In this document: piece after piece, positions 13,594 through 26,670 of the stretch
Position numbering within the stretch: the stretch's first letter is position 1
How the letters are laid out: each line of letters opens with the position of its first letter
Assembly (NCBI RefSeq): GCF_018977255.1
Contig: NW_024704744.1
Location: 67,890,001-67,954,000 of the forward strand
DNA length: 64,000 nt
DNA from: Callorhinchus milii
Taxonomy: Eukaryota
Direction of reading: 5' to 3'
Notes under the pieces: generated by a model
Databases searched by the model: none
What the model saw: only the letters and a program-made list of their open reading frames with translations
What the model was told of the DNA's origin: nothing
Program-made: the position numbers and the translations under genes

Positions 13594-13741
13594 TTATCCT
13601 TTATTTGAAAACCCTTACCCTTTGGACATACATGAATCACACGTCACTTGCTGCGAGTATTTTGCTGACTGTCCTGTTGACATAATTCCTGCACTTTATT
13701 CTGTCGGGGCAAAGCAGAAGCGGCAAGGATACAGTAAAAAG
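13594..13741 (+). CDS. STXBP5: STXBP5 coding exon, 148 nt
   Basis: ttcttacag|T TAT CCT...AAA AAG|gttctg; YPLFENPYPLDIHESHVTCCEYFADCPVDIIPALYSVGAKQKRQGYSKK; phase 2-0; weak donor. Confidence 0.95.
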
Positions 13742-15139
13742 GTTCTGAATTTCCTCATTTCAGTATATAAAAACAATATATGGTAGTTCACAGCTGAATA
13801 TGTTGATATGAATTTTTTATGCATTTCAGTCTTCTTACAAAAATATATTTAGTCATAATCTTCCTTTCTGTTTTATGGTGTTCACAGCACCTTTCATTTT
13901 TACATTGCATGGACTCTGTGATCCTGCTGTGTATATAAATAACCCACATTTGCTTTAAATTTTCTAACACTGATGCTTGTGGATATTCATAAAAGTGCAC
14001 CTTTGTTTTCTCTTCATAATCAAGTAGTTTGCTTCCAAGATTTGCTTGTTTTTATTTAAAACTAATTGCTTTTGGGACTGTATAACATAGCCATTGTTCT
14101 ACATTCAGCTCATTTTGCTCTTTCGGTTGCAATAGTGAAGAAGAGTGCTTAACCAATGCATAAATTATTAAAAGTCAATGCTATCTCCAAGGAAGCTATA
14201 TAGAGTCATGCACATGCTGCTTTGAAGCATTATTGCCTTATCTAACTTCTCAAATTGACAAGTGCTTTGGTGCGTTCGTGCTCCTAGCTGGTCTCATAAT
14301 TAAGTCCTGGAGCTTCCTAGTTCCACTTTCTGTACTGTTCAGTTGTACATAGAAATAGAACACATGACAGAATATTAGATTGCCTGACTGTGAATATGGT
14401 TTGTGGTTACTTCAACCTTCGCATATCCTACAATGTTTCTTGCTATTCTGTTTGATTTGGTTCATTAATTTTTAGTTCAGTTTCTTTCAATTTGTTTACA
14501 AAATAAGAATCTGTGTGTAGTGGACAGGAATGGGGGTGGGGGGCGTCAGTGGTGGGGGAGTTTTGAGGGGCGGAGGAGGCGATGGATATGTCTGTTGGAC
14601 CGTACATTTTCGGCTTTTTTTTTGAGACTTTGGAACCCGTGTCTAGATGGGTTTCTGCCATTTTGATGATTACTCGTTGGGTTGTACATGAAGGCAGAAA
14701 TATTTTCAAAGAATTCATGAAACTCACTTCAGTGCCAATCAAATCATATGATTAAATGCATCAACGTGTTTCCAAAATGAGTGCAGGAATACCAAATTAA
14801 TTTTGAAGGCACATTTCATTCCACAATTGAGCAAGTGCTTAATTTATCTTGTGCCAATTTCCTGCGGAACCTTTTGGTAATTCTGTGTTGTTTGAGTGTT
14901 CAGTATACAGTTGTGTGGCTGATGCTCAGTTTTAATCAAAATATATCTATGAGTTACGTATTTGTCTTGTGCATCATTGGAAAGTAATATGGTGCTATGA
15001 TTCTGTGCTGTTCATTTATAAAAGTACGTTGGAATTTAAGTCATCTGGCTCAATGTATTTTGTCATCTTTAGCTCCTCATTCCCAATTTATCAAGTGCCA
15101 TTGCCACATTAACAGATTATTCCTGCACTGAGCTCTGTG

Positions 15140-15557
15140 AGCCTATCACCCCATTCTTGCCCAGTTCCACTGGCTCACCATTCCTCAGCGGATTGAGTTC
15201 AAGTTCCTCATCCTAACCTTTATACACTTCACGGTCTTGCCCCACCCAAGGTCTGTGACCTTCTCAAGACTACAAAACTGGTCACTCCCTCTGTTCAGCA
15301 GGCACCAGTCTGCTTCACATCCACCCCACTCCCCACCCAACATCAGCAGTCAGCCTTTCAGCGTATCTCCCCACCAACTGGAACCTCATCCCAGAGTCAC
15401 TTTGTCTCGCCTCCTTCCCTCGCTTCCTTCAAGGTACACCTCAAGACGTTCCCCTCAGACCTTCTCGGTCCCTACCCCCAGCTCAGGTGCAAACCTTAGA
15501 CTGTCCAATGCCTTCAGACTTCTTCCCGACATGAAAGAAGCTACAATAAATGTAAGT
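15140..15557 (+). mobile_element. L2-clade LINE 3' fragment
   Basis: ITPILAQFHWLTIPQRIEFK-like C-terminus and ccgacatgaaag...ataaatgtaagtttgt tail. Confidence 0.8.
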
Positions 15558-15854
15558 TTGTATGGTATAATAATTCCATGGAGGAAAATTATCAGGGATC
15601 CCATACCCTTGCATTTTCACACTCGGTATTAAACAATCTTCACCCATCTTTGCTGACTTATCAACTCATTCTGAGTAGATCTTCAGTTCTTGTCTCTATC
15701 AGATAGTGTGTTTATCTATTTGTGGTCGACAATTTGATTTTTTTTGCACTTTTATTGGAAAGACTTTTTTATCAGGCCTCAGGAAGTTGCTTTGGTCTTA
15801 CCATTTTTCTCTCCTTTTTATTGCATTTTCACCGAGTATGTGAAATGTTTAGCA

Positions 15855-16320
15855 ACACAACAAGAATTTGCATTTATGTGGTGTCCTCGGAGTACTTGAC
15901 AGTGGCGGACTCTCACAGCAAGCCAGGGGAGAGGGAGTGGGACATTACTGTAAGTAAGATCAAAAAGGAAGATCTTTAGGCAGGATTTGAAAGTGGAAAA
16001 ATAGGGGTCAAGGCGGAGGGATTGAGGGAAAGAGTTCCAGAGTTTTGGAGCAAAGTGGCTGAAGGCATGGCCACCACTGGTGAAGTGGAAAGGATGAGGG
16101 ATAAACAGGCAGCCGGAGCCAGATGAGCGGAGGTAGAGGGTGGTGGAGTGGAGGGGGGTGAGTAGATCGGGTAGATTAGTCAGTGCGAGGGCATGAAGGG
16201 ATTTGAAAACGAGTGAAAGGATCTTGAAATCGATTTGTTCCATAATCGGGAGCCAGAGGAGCCCGGCAAGGACTGGTTTGATGGGGTACGGAGTTTTGTG
16301 CAGGTGAGTTTCTAGGTGGC
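15855..16320 (-). mobile_element. L2-clade LINE 3' fragment
   Basis: ORF 15818-16243(-): IDFKILSLVFKSLH...LRSSGSG...GGHAFSHFAPKLWNSFPQSLR...FKSCLKIFLF, the L2 ORF2 C-terminus. Confidence 0.85.
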
Positions 16321-16349
16321 ACAGTTTTTAATTAATTGAGTTTAAATTT

Positions 16350-16525
16350 GCTCCCTCCCTCACCTCATTCAAGATCTGTCTCAAGACCTAGCTCCTTGAT
16401 TCTTTCGGTCATCTTTCTCCTCCTCAACCCCTTGGCTGTCACCCCCAGCTCGGCTGCCCAACTAGTACTATTAAGGGCTTTGGGACATCGTCCCAACTTG
16501 AAAGGCACTGTATTTGCATCACATT
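16350..16525 (+). mobile_element. L2 3' tail fragment
   Basis: ttcaagatctgtctcaagacc...gctttgggacatcgtcccaacttgaaaggcact. Confidence 0.7.
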
Positions 16526-17373
16526 GTAACTGCCCCCGGTGCCCAATTGCCATGTTTTTCTCTGGGTTGGAAGACTTAGTTTTTTGGGCTTAAGTTCTGT
16601 TCTTTTTACACAGATTCAGCTGCTGCCACAGTGCCTTTATGATACTGCACCCCTCCATCCCCCGCTGGTTCAGACTATTCTATAGGCGATCACATGGCTA
16701 AAAGAGCATAGACTTGGAAGCTTACAAAAGGTCCTCCAGCATAAACCACTGAGCTGTGAGCGAGATTCATACACCCATTGAAAAGCTTACTGACATTTCT
16801 TTTATGCGTGGTCAATTGTACTCTTGCTAGCTTTTACTGCATCTCTCTGTTATACTTATAACTGACACAGAATACATAGAATGCCTAATGTTTTGCTGCG
16901 AATACGTAATTTATTCCACCAGTGAGAGGCCATCGGGTAGTTTAAGAAAGTGCAATAAATGAAGGTGGCTTATCATGAAGATTTTGTTTAATTATATCAA
17001 AAAGCTAAGTGCTAGTTTTTTTATTACTGTTAAAAACAATCTTAAAACAAGGACAAGTACTTCCGTTATTGGTTACAAGTCTTACTGCAGTATGCAAATA
17101 ATGAAATGTGGTCCACATTTTTGTAATCAACTTCAATACATCAAATGTTTATCTCACAGGTTTGTCATCGTTGTACTGAGTTATGGCTAAATTACATTCA
17201 CAAAAGTACAGACATTATACTGCTGAAGCTATATTTGGCAATATAAATGATGGTCAAATTATGACCTAACCCTAAAGTGTGTTGATATGGTTTGCTGTCA
17301 TGTGTTGGATCAGATAGCCCCTTAATTGTTTCCTTTCACCTTTAATTACATTTTATTTATTCAAATTGATGCT

Positions 17374-17810
17374 TTCCCAGAGGATCGAGTTCAAGATCCT
17401 CGTCCTCACCTTTAAGGCCATCCATGACCTTGCCCCCTTCTACCTCTCTGACCTGCTGCCTCCTTATGAGCCTGCCTGCTTCCTCCATTCAGCGGACTCC
17501 GGTCTGCTCCATGTCTCCCACCCGACTCGCCCTACCATCGGTGGCCGGGCTTTCAGCCTCTCTGCCTCCACACGCTGGAACTCCATCCCACGGTTCCTTC
17601 GCCTCACTTCCCTTGCCTCCTTCAAGGCCCGTCTCAAGACCCTTCTCTTCGACCGTCCCTTTGGTTGCCCTCCCACCTCTCTGCCTTCCCTCACCCCTAC
17701 ACCACCCCTCCCCCGTGCTCAGGCCCCGACTTCTGACTGTTCAGCGCTTTGGGACGTCCTCCCGACGTGAAAGGCACTCTATAAATGTAATTTTGTTGCT
17801 GCTGTTGTTC
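17374..17810 (+). mobile_element. L2-clade LINE 3' end, relatively young
   Basis: QRIEFKILVLTFKAIHDLAPFYLSDLL...IGGRAFSLSASTRWNSIPRFLRLTSLASFKARLKTLLF; tail gggacgtcctcccgacgtgaaaggcactctataaatg plus (ttg)n. Confidence 0.9.
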
Positions 17811-20804
17811 CTCAGTGGAGTGCACATGAACACCATTGTAGGAAGTTATATGATAAATACAGCAAGTCAGGGTTAGTCAGCACATGATCAGGATTCATAA
17901 TTCAATCATTGTTTGCTATCAATCTTGTTGGTGGAATAATTCAAATGGCATTTTGGACCCCAAAAATGTAGCACAGCGATTTCAAAATAATACATTCTCT
18001 TTCAATTTGCTTGACTGCCTTTGGGAATTGGGGAGGAATTTAAATTGGCCATTTCAGGTTGGGGGTCCCATGCTTTGAGTAATAGTAACTTTATGGTAAC
18101 ATCAGATGATTTCAATGCTCCATGATGTGTACCTGTAGTGTTGGTGATTGGGGGGTGTCTTCTCACTCGTGGTTGTTTTGGTTTGGGGTGTCAGGTTCTG
18201 AACTGCATGTTGTGTACTTGCATTCGGGTTTTTGGGAGGTCACTGCTCCTCATTGCGCACCTATAAAGGATTGTTGAGGTGAACTCAACGTGCTTTGTTG
18301 TGTGCCTTCATTGGGGTGGGGGATGCTTGTTCTTGGGTGATCACTGCTCTTTCTTGTATGCGTGTTATTGTTCCTTGCGTTCAATTTGTGGTCCGTGGAG
18401 AAAACATAATGTTTAAAAGTGGGCTATTGGCCTGGCTTAGGGCATTTTCACGAATATTTAAAGTTGCATGAGGTTCACTCCTTAGGAGTGCTGATATGTT
18501 GCTGAGCCCAAGGAATTTGGCAAGTGAAGAGTGCCGCACACTCCATTGGGAGAGCTGATTAGCTCTTTTTGTAATTGATCTCATAATTTTATGGGTAATT
18601 TAAGGGTGCTGATCCTCATAAAAGTAGCCTTATTTGTTTAGTGTGCCACAGTTATGTACTTTGCATAACATGTGCGTGAAGGCATTGCACAGCGAATCTG
18701 GGTTTTCCCTCTACCTAAATAAAAAGACTAGCCCAGCAATATATTAAAACCTAAGATAATATTTCTTTAAATGGTTAATATGTTTCCCAGGAAGGGAGGG
18801 CCCCGTCCGTAGCATATGGATGATGGTAAACAGCTGTTTTTTTGTGTAACCTAGCTCTCGGTAAATGCTCGTTCAAGGAATAAAAGTCGTATTATGAAAA
18901 ACATTTATGGTTCATGGTTCAGATAGTTCAGAATCCTTGGGCTAGACAATAAAATCTTTATGATAGAGTTGACTTTAGATGTCTGAGTTCTGATTGCATT
19001 CGTCGCATCTCTTTAATGGAGGCATTATTGTCTATCTAGCTAGATTTAATGCTAAGATCTGTTGAGCCAAAATTAAACTGCATTACAGACAGTGATCTGA
19101 AATCACTAGAGAAAAGTTGGATGTGTGAATCCCTTCTTCGCATGCATCTGAATAACATTAAAATTACCAGCTATGTTTCAGTGAAGCACCATGCTGAAGG
19201 TGACATGTATTATTAATGAGGACTATTAATCTTTGCCAAAATACATTAACTGTCTAAATTGTAACATTTTAACCGTATATTTAAATTGTAAACAGCCAAA
19301 AAATGTCTAGGATGTGGAGTTGTTAGAAATTTACAGTTTGGCTCAATTTAGCAAGATTTTTGACAGCATGCATTTCTGATTGTGCATTTGGATTTGGTTG
19401 GATATTTTATTGGGATTTTAAAAATATTTTGTGTATTTTTCCTAATTACAAATGAGCCATAAATAATTTCTGTGCAATTAAGAGGAGAAAGTTGAATTTC
19501 TGATGAGCCTAAAAATAAATGTAAATTTACTTCTGAATGTCTTGTCATTTTGAATGAAAAGTGTTGTTCAAGACTTGAGTCATAGAGTAATCTTACATTT
19601 CGCCAGTGGCTTCCAACTTTCCTGTTTACTTAATCATTGATAACAGAAGTCCTTATGTTTGTTTTGGGCGACTCTGAAGGAATTTTAAGGTTGCCTCCAT
19701 CCTCTTTTAAGATTATAGATAAAATTTAATTCATTTATCAGTTGTTTAAGAAAATTCTGAACCTGATCTAACTTTTGAACCGCCCTTCAAATCTAATTTT
19801 TTTAAAAACAAAACTCAGCTTTTTATTCAATTTTTGTCAGTTGGTCTACCTCCACTTTCATCCACTTTCATTACACATAAGCGTCTTCGGCTTTGCGGGT
19901 ACCTGATACCAATGCAGTAACTCAGAATTATTCTCCACTGCTAAATAGCTGTATGAAATATAAATATCACTATCTACTTGATTGAATTGAGGAGAAAGAT
20001 GCATTCCTGGTGGAAATACCTTCCAGCCAAACGTGTTAACAATGTATCGTCACATGACAAACCGTGGATTCACAATGTGGTTCTGTTTTTTTGAAAATCC
20101 TGTTTATACTTGATCACTTCAGCTCCAGAAAAAACATTATCATTTGGCAAGCTTTTTTGTTTTTGTGTAATGGATTACTATCCATTAGTTATGGTGTTCA
20201 TACCTTTTATATGTGAGTATGATGTATTTCTTATTGCTTATCTGAATATAATTTTTACTCTCTATCGTGTTGTTTTCCTACATGTTGCCAGGCCTCTTGA
20301 GCTGAGATCCATCATGATAAAGCGTTGCTCTGCACTAGTCACAGCTATTCTTTATAGCTGTTACTTGGGGTAGTTTTTATTAACCAAGCTTCAATGTTTT
20401 CACCAAGCCTTGGGGATATGCTTTGGGTACTGCAGACACCCGCTTGTTCCTTTGATTTTTTTTCTTGTACACCACCTCAGGGTAGGTGAAAGGAAAAAGG
20501 GGAAGAATGTCCTGGGGATACTGAAATGGAATAAGGAAACCTTGAAGTGTCGGAGAGAAATTGATGAGGAAATGACCATGGTGATTGACAATTGTTCTTT
20601 AAATTATGAATCACTTTCAGAATTCAATGAATCCCTTCTGCAAGATCTTTTTTGATCTATCTCTTATAATCAGATTTGTTTTACTTTGTGAAGTAAAAAC
20701 CTAACTTCCTTTTATTTATTTTCTTCATTTTTTCTTAAGTTTAAAAAAAAATCATGTTGTTGAGTTTTCAGTTTTTCTTCAGTAAAAACTCCTGTGTGGT
20801 GTTG

Positions 20805-21003
20805 TACCCACAAAATACATAGTCAAACCACTTTACAGTATGTAGATGTGAAGCACTTTGAGATGTCTCGATGACATGATAAGGCCCTATATCAAATTTA
20901 AGGATTATTTTTGTCATTATCAGTGATTCTGGATTGTGAGTTACGTACTCTGATACGCCGTCTGGCATGGAGGGCGCTATATAAATCCAAGTTGTTGTTG
21001 TTG
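20805..21003 (+). mobile_element. SINE tail (20805-20909) followed by an L2 tail with (ttg)n (20945-21003)
   Basis: gtgaagcactttgagatgtctcg...aggattatt; gggcgctatataaatccaagttgttgttgttg. Confidence 0.7.
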
Positions 21004-21107
21004 AGTTAGATTTGTACAGACTGCTTGCTTGTGGGAAGACCAGTTTCTTTCTTGAAAATATGAAACTTACAATGGTGAATAAGTTTATCCTTTTCTATGT
21101 TTTCCAG

Positions 21108-21175
21108 GAATGGCCCGTCAGTGGGGGTAATTGGGGTTTAGGCACTCAAAGCTACCCGGAGATAATTATTACAGG
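21108..21175 (+). CDS. STXBP5: STXBP5 coding exon, 68 nt
   Basis: tttccag|GAA TGG...ACA GG|gtaagt; EWPVSGGNWGLGTQSYPEIIITG; phase 0-2. Confidence 0.96.
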
Positions 21176-21999
21176 GTAAGTAAGAAAATGCTTTTTTCAT
21201 TTACGCAGTGATTATGGAATATGTTACCAGTTTGAGCCATTGAAAGTTACCATGATAAAAGGGTTCAACAGATTTCTGAATGAGTTTCTGAGGGGAAGGA
21301 AGGGCCTGCTGGATAGGTCAGGATATCAGCCAGATAGAGAGAGTGCGTTAGACAAAATCTTATTCATGTGGAAGACTTTTTTTTCTTTTCATTGAATGCC
21401 TTGATTGAGCATAAACTGGAAAAAGTAAAAATGTCTTTTCTTTCCTTGGTTGCGTCTGGAAACCGTGACTTTTCCTCACAAGATCTGATTCTAATCACCA
21501 GTTCTTTCTCTCACCATTGGAATCTGTTATGTGCTGCTCCACCACACAATTCTGATTCACTGTGTAGCAAATAAAGGGAATTGCTGTGGGAGGTGGTATT
21601 ATTAGATTGGTGTAATGCAGGATCTTTCAAAGTTTTGAGTAAAAGTAAATTGTGTGAGCTTATGTGACCCGCTATATATAAATTGTGAGGACATGTCACT
21701 ATTATTAGGTTGTTAAAATAAGATGGATGAATTTTTAAAGGAATATTTTTGATCATACCCAAATAAACCAGCATTTTGTTTCTGTTATGTCTGAAAAACA
21801 GACAATCACAGAAAAATCTTTTTATTTGGTATCCTCCATATAAAGCCAAACCTCTGTTGAACCAATCATTTCCATTCAGCAAGCAGCTCCTGTTAACCAC
21901 CACCCTGGAATAGCTCAGACAGCCTGGTTCACCAATGAACCCTTACTCAGAAGCCATCTTGGCCCAGTTCCCTGAGTGGTTGTTGAAGACAGGTTTGAC

Positions 22000-22460
22000 T
22001 GTAACTTCTGAATAACCTTGTTGTTAAAGGGACAAATACCTGATGCCCATACCCTTCCAAGACATTTTCAAGAATAACCTCAAGACAACATTGATTCTTG
22101 CTACTCCTTCCCATGCAATATAAAGATATTTGCACATAGCTGATGTGTCCTTTCATTTCCTACTGTCAGCAGTGGTTCCTGTCCACATATTTGTCTGGCA
22201 CTAATGATTAGTGTACTTGTCTCATCATTTTTGTATCTTTTGATCGTACTATACAACCATAGCTTTGGGCAGCCAGCACTGTGAGATGCAGTACTGCATT
22301 CAGTATGGGAGATAGCCTGCAGTGCTTCTTGTGAAATTTGTTCAAAATCTTGACACACGTAGGATGTGGTTGTGTGGAGATAGAACACAAAACAGTAATT
22401 ACGTTTTGCCAGTTGACAGGACCATTATTGTAGCATTCCACTTGGTCCTGGTGGGTCATT
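22000..22460 (-). mobile_element. Possible decayed RTE-clade LINE fragment
   Basis: Minus-strand translation VKILNKFHKKHCRL...VLAAQSY loosely resembles the RTE ORF C-terminal region; heavily frameshifted. Confidence 0.4.
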
Positions 22461-23342
22461 CATCATTCCTGCTTGGAAGCTGTATCTTTTGGTTCTTATC
22501 ATTCTGGAAGCCAAATTGTGCAGTGGTGCACTTATATCAACCTTTTAACATAGCAGTGTTTTGAAGCACTTCCCAGTGTTGGTGTAGGAGTGATTCTCTG
22601 TAAATGGCTAGAACAGTGTGAAGAGGAAGTTCGGTATCTGTCGATTTCAGGCATTGCGGATACTTTGTTCAAATGGTACTTTAGATAATGCTTAGCACAA
22701 TCTTTAGGATGAAAACATTACTGTACATTAGCCATTTAAAATCTTCAGGTTTGGACTACAACACAAGGTAATAGTCACACCAATGGGTGTTATTTTCTTG
22801 TCCCATTCTTCACTGGTGTATGGACTCCAGGGCACTTTGTCATTGGAGAGGCTCTGTGTCTGAATATCTTTTCCTTAGATCAGATTGAAACGTTTATGCT
22901 GGTTTGATGCCAAGTTCCTTGCAGACTGACTTCCGGTTTTACAGGAAAGTCTGGATTCCCCCAGATGTGTAATGGATCACATTTCCCATTTGATTTGGGT
23001 GCTATGCGATCGATTCATCCCTACATAAGGAATCTGGTTCATGAAAATTTTCAGTTTCAATTGCATCTTGCAGGCTAGCTACCAGAACCCTAAGTTAAGT
23101 GAGATTGTCATTTTGTTGCTTGACTCGTATAGAATTAAGGTTAGTTACAGGTTGTCCATCTGTACTCAGTAGGGACTCGGTTGCACCCTACTGAATGATG
23201 GACTTGGTCTGACATCTTCATATTGACACATCATTCAACACTTTTTAAACGTTCTTTCTGTATTCTCTTGCATTACACCAATGAGGGAAAATATGCAAGC
23301 TGGAGAGTACTACAGTATTAATAATTTTCTTCTTTCCCATAG

Positions 23343-23383
23343 GCATGCAGATGGGTCACTGAAGTTCTGGGATGCTTCAGCCA
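23343..23383 (+). CDS. STXBP5: STXBP5 coding exon, 41 nt
   Basis: cccatag|G CAT GCA...GCC A|gtaagt; GHADGSLKFWDASA (WD motif); phase 2-1. Confidence 0.95.
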
Positions 23384-26076
23384 GTAAGTTTAACTATTAA
23401 TCTTCAAACAACAATTGCAGATAACTGCCAGTATTCCCTTCTAGAAGAGAATATATGCCCTGAGGTATCTTAATAGCTGAAGCTTTTTTCCCTCCTCGGA
23501 TTGAATTTAATTCTAGTTCAGGCAGAGGAATTAAGTCTAATAATGGTTTCAGGTCCTGAATGAAACCAATAGAATTGATTGCGACTTCCCCTCATATGAA
23601 CCCAGTGTGGAAATGCATTGTGCATAAATCTTTTTACAAAGGTGATTTGTGCAGTTAAGATTGTTACATTTGGAAACATTAAGATACAAATACCTCCTTT
23701 CTTCATTCCCCCAACCCCCATCCTGGACAGATTTCTATATGGAAAAAATGAATGGTCCAGAATGATTTAACACATTTGAACAGAGGAATTGCAGGGAATC
23801 AGTTTTATATTTCAGTGAATCATCACAATTGTCATGCATTCAAACTATTCATTTTAAGAACAAATTGTGATTTTATAAGTGTAAATCAATCAAAGATGTA
23901 TTTTGTCACTGTAGTTTGTCACTGAAGGATTGATGTGAAGTACTACAACTAATACAGTACTACATTCAAAGAGGAAGTTGATGTCTAACATATAGTTTTT
24001 AAATAAGTGACATTCATATACTTTTTTTACAGTAATTTGGGGGAAATAAAATCCTAGACCTTCCATTTATGCACTTTGGAAGTCCTCCCAATGTGAAAGG
24101 AACTATATAAATGTAAATTTCATTGTATTTGGTACTGTTTTTTTCTTTCCCTGTTCCTTTACTGATCAATCTTTATTTGATCAAACCTTTGAATTTATTT
24201 TTCCATCTCTTAACTTTGTTTACTCGATTTAATGTTCTGCCTATATTAATTTTATCTTTTGACAACTTTAAGACAAGTAGATGTTTTTAATTGAGAGTGC
24301 TACTGTGGGATTGATATTGTGTGTAGCTGGTAAAATGGTCAAAATCTCATCTGTTGGTTTGCTGAGCTATGAAAGTGATGGTGTTACTTTGTACTTTTGG
24401 TTTACTGGGAGGTGATAAAAAATATATAAAGAGATTGAAGAAAGGGCAGAGAAGTCAGAATAAAGGGATAACTTTCAGAAAGCCAACCCAGGCATAATGG
24501 GCTCAATGGCTGCCTCTTGTGCTGTAAATATTATATGATTCCTTATACATTTTGACCTGCAAATCCAATAGCTCAACCACAGTGACCTATAATGTATTGA
24601 GTATACCAAGCACACCATTTATCATTCAGCTGATCTGGTTCACTGGATGGCAATTGCAAGCAAGAAAAACAAACTGCTTTGGAGGTGTGTAGTAGCCGAA
24701 TTGAACCTGAATTGAACCTGAAACCCAAAGGTTATTGCGCATATTACATCCTTCATCTTTAGTTCCTCTTTTATACTTCCATAATATGATTGACCATTGA
24801 TCATATGATTTAATTCAGTATTAGGCTTGATCGGGGAAAGTAGGTGTACAAACTGAGGTTTTGAACTTAGACCTTCTCAGAAGGGATTTGGAAGGAATTG
24901 ATTACAAGAGAATGGGAGGAATTGTTAGTTGAGAAATTGACTGATAGCCTGTGGAATTTATTCAAGGAAATAATTAGTGCAAGACAGCTTGGTAATTGCA
25001 TAACAAGTACAATATGTATGCCAGAAAGGCAAAGGTTGTACTTCTAGTTTAAAGCAACCAAAATCTACATCAGCCTCAAACAATACAAAAGTGGGTTTGC
25101 ATAATAATGAGGGGAAAATAGCAAGATTGGTCTGGAAGGATGATTAAAAGCCATAAAATAATCGGGAGTAAAGAAGTGCTGCATGTGAAAAAACCTCATG
25201 CAGTTGGTAGGAGGGAAATGACAGAAGTTTTTTTTTAATGAATACTTCATTGAAGTACATCCAGAAAGCATGTTAAAGCAGGAGGTAAGCCCATTAAAAA
25301 CAGATGTGGGTGTAATTGCAAATGATGACTTGAACTAATCATTGGAGAAGGAGGACATGAGGTGCAGGGTAGACTTGAAGTTAGAAAGTATCTACAAGCC
25401 AATAACATGAGCAAACCTACCATGCTCACCTAAGATTCTCTTCTGACTTTTCCTCTTAACTTTGTGAGTGAAGGTGAGCTGGGAAGCTTCCAATGATATT
25501 CATAATTTGCCTTGCTCGTTAGCTCATTCTTCGTTTGCCTGCAAAATACACCATCACTACACTGTATAGTATTAATGTAGGCCAGGCGCTAAAACAAAGG
25601 TGTAAAAGGCATCATAATTAAGTGCAAGGATTATTATGTTTATTATTTTTATAACTTGCCTCATTTATCTTAGGCTACTTGACACTTGCAATCAAAATCC
25701 CATTTATCTTAGGTTGCTTCACCTCTCAAGGTACAAATTTGGATTCCTCATTGCTGATAAGAATCCTTTTAATTGGCGTACGTGCTCCTACATATTCTAA
25801 GAGTTGAGGAGCCCTTATCTGATCAGTTCCCAGCAACCAGAAGTTCAAATTGCTTTAGTCATTCAGCTTCCCGGAAACCTTTTTAGTTTGCTATCTTTGA
25901 GCAAAATTAACCCCTTCTATAGAGCAGTTACTTGGTCAATAATTGTGGTCTGTAAAAGTTTTCAAAAATTATCAGTTAAATAGTTTGATATGCATATTTC
26001 AATTTATAGACTTGCTCTAAAGTTTTAGATTTAAAGTAATTCAAACTTCTCTTAATTTTGATTTTTCTTCCATTAG

Positions 26077-26297
26077 TAACGTTACAGGTGTTGTATAAGA
26101 TGAAAACGTCCAAGGTATTTGAAAAGTCCCGGAATAAGGAAGACAAACCAAACACGGATATAGTAGATGAAGACCCATATGCTATTCAAATTATGTCCTG
26201 GTGTCCTGAAAGCAGAATGCTCTGCGTAGCTGGAGTATCAGCACATGTTATTGTTTACAAATTCAGCAAACAGGAAGTGACGACAGAGGTTATCCAG
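26077..26297 (+). CDS. STXBP5: STXBP5 coding exon, 221 nt
   Basis: cattag|TA ACG...ATC CAG|gtatca; ITLQVLYKMKTSKVFEK...DEDPYAIQIMSWCPESRMLCVAG...EVIQ; phase 1-0. Confidence 0.96.
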
Positions 26298-26319
26298 GTA
26301 TCAACTTCCTATACATTGC

Positions 26320-26670
26320 AATTTACATTGATAATAGTTCTTTTCGTATCGGAAGGACATTTCAAAGCGCTTTGCACTGCTAGCTGGGCAGCCAAGACAG
26401 GGGTTGGGAACTGAAGAGTTGAGAAGGAAAAGATGACAAAAGTGCGATCAAAAAGGTAAGTTTTGAGACAAGCTTTGGAAGTGGGGAGAGGTAGACAAGT
26501 TGGAGTGACTCTGGGATGGAATTCCAGAGAGCAGGGGGCAGAATATCTGAATAATAACGGAATAACCCTGCTGATGGGGTGGTTAGGGCATGGGATATGA
26601 AGCAGGCTGGTGCTTACTGAGTGAAGGGAGAGGCCAGGTCAGTAGACTTGTAGGAATTTGCAGAGAATTT
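26320..26670 (-). mobile_element. Decayed L2 3' fragment
   Basis: ttttcgtatcggaaggacatttcaaagcgc and gggatggaattccagagagcagggggcaga are reverse complements of the L2 tail and the WNS motif. Confidence 0.65.

Noticed and set aside
14520-14700. G-rich block with a minus-strand 99-aa ORF, possible G-quadruplex; also the G-run at 50228-50249
   Set aside because: No recognisable protein; most likely TE debris or simple sequence, and nothing indicates function
18100-18400. GT-rich stretch with a short internal repeat (tcactgctc)
   Set aside because: Could not be assigned; probably a decayed retroelement on the minus strand, with no testable structure
20455-20585. Cryptic purine-rich exon after a good pyrimidine tract (cag at 20480)
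   Set aside because: Immediate in-frame stop, weak downstream donor and no homology; only motif-level support
26298-26306. U12-type intron donor (gtatcaact)
   Set aside because: Does not match GTATCCTT, and no U12 branch site is evident before 27849
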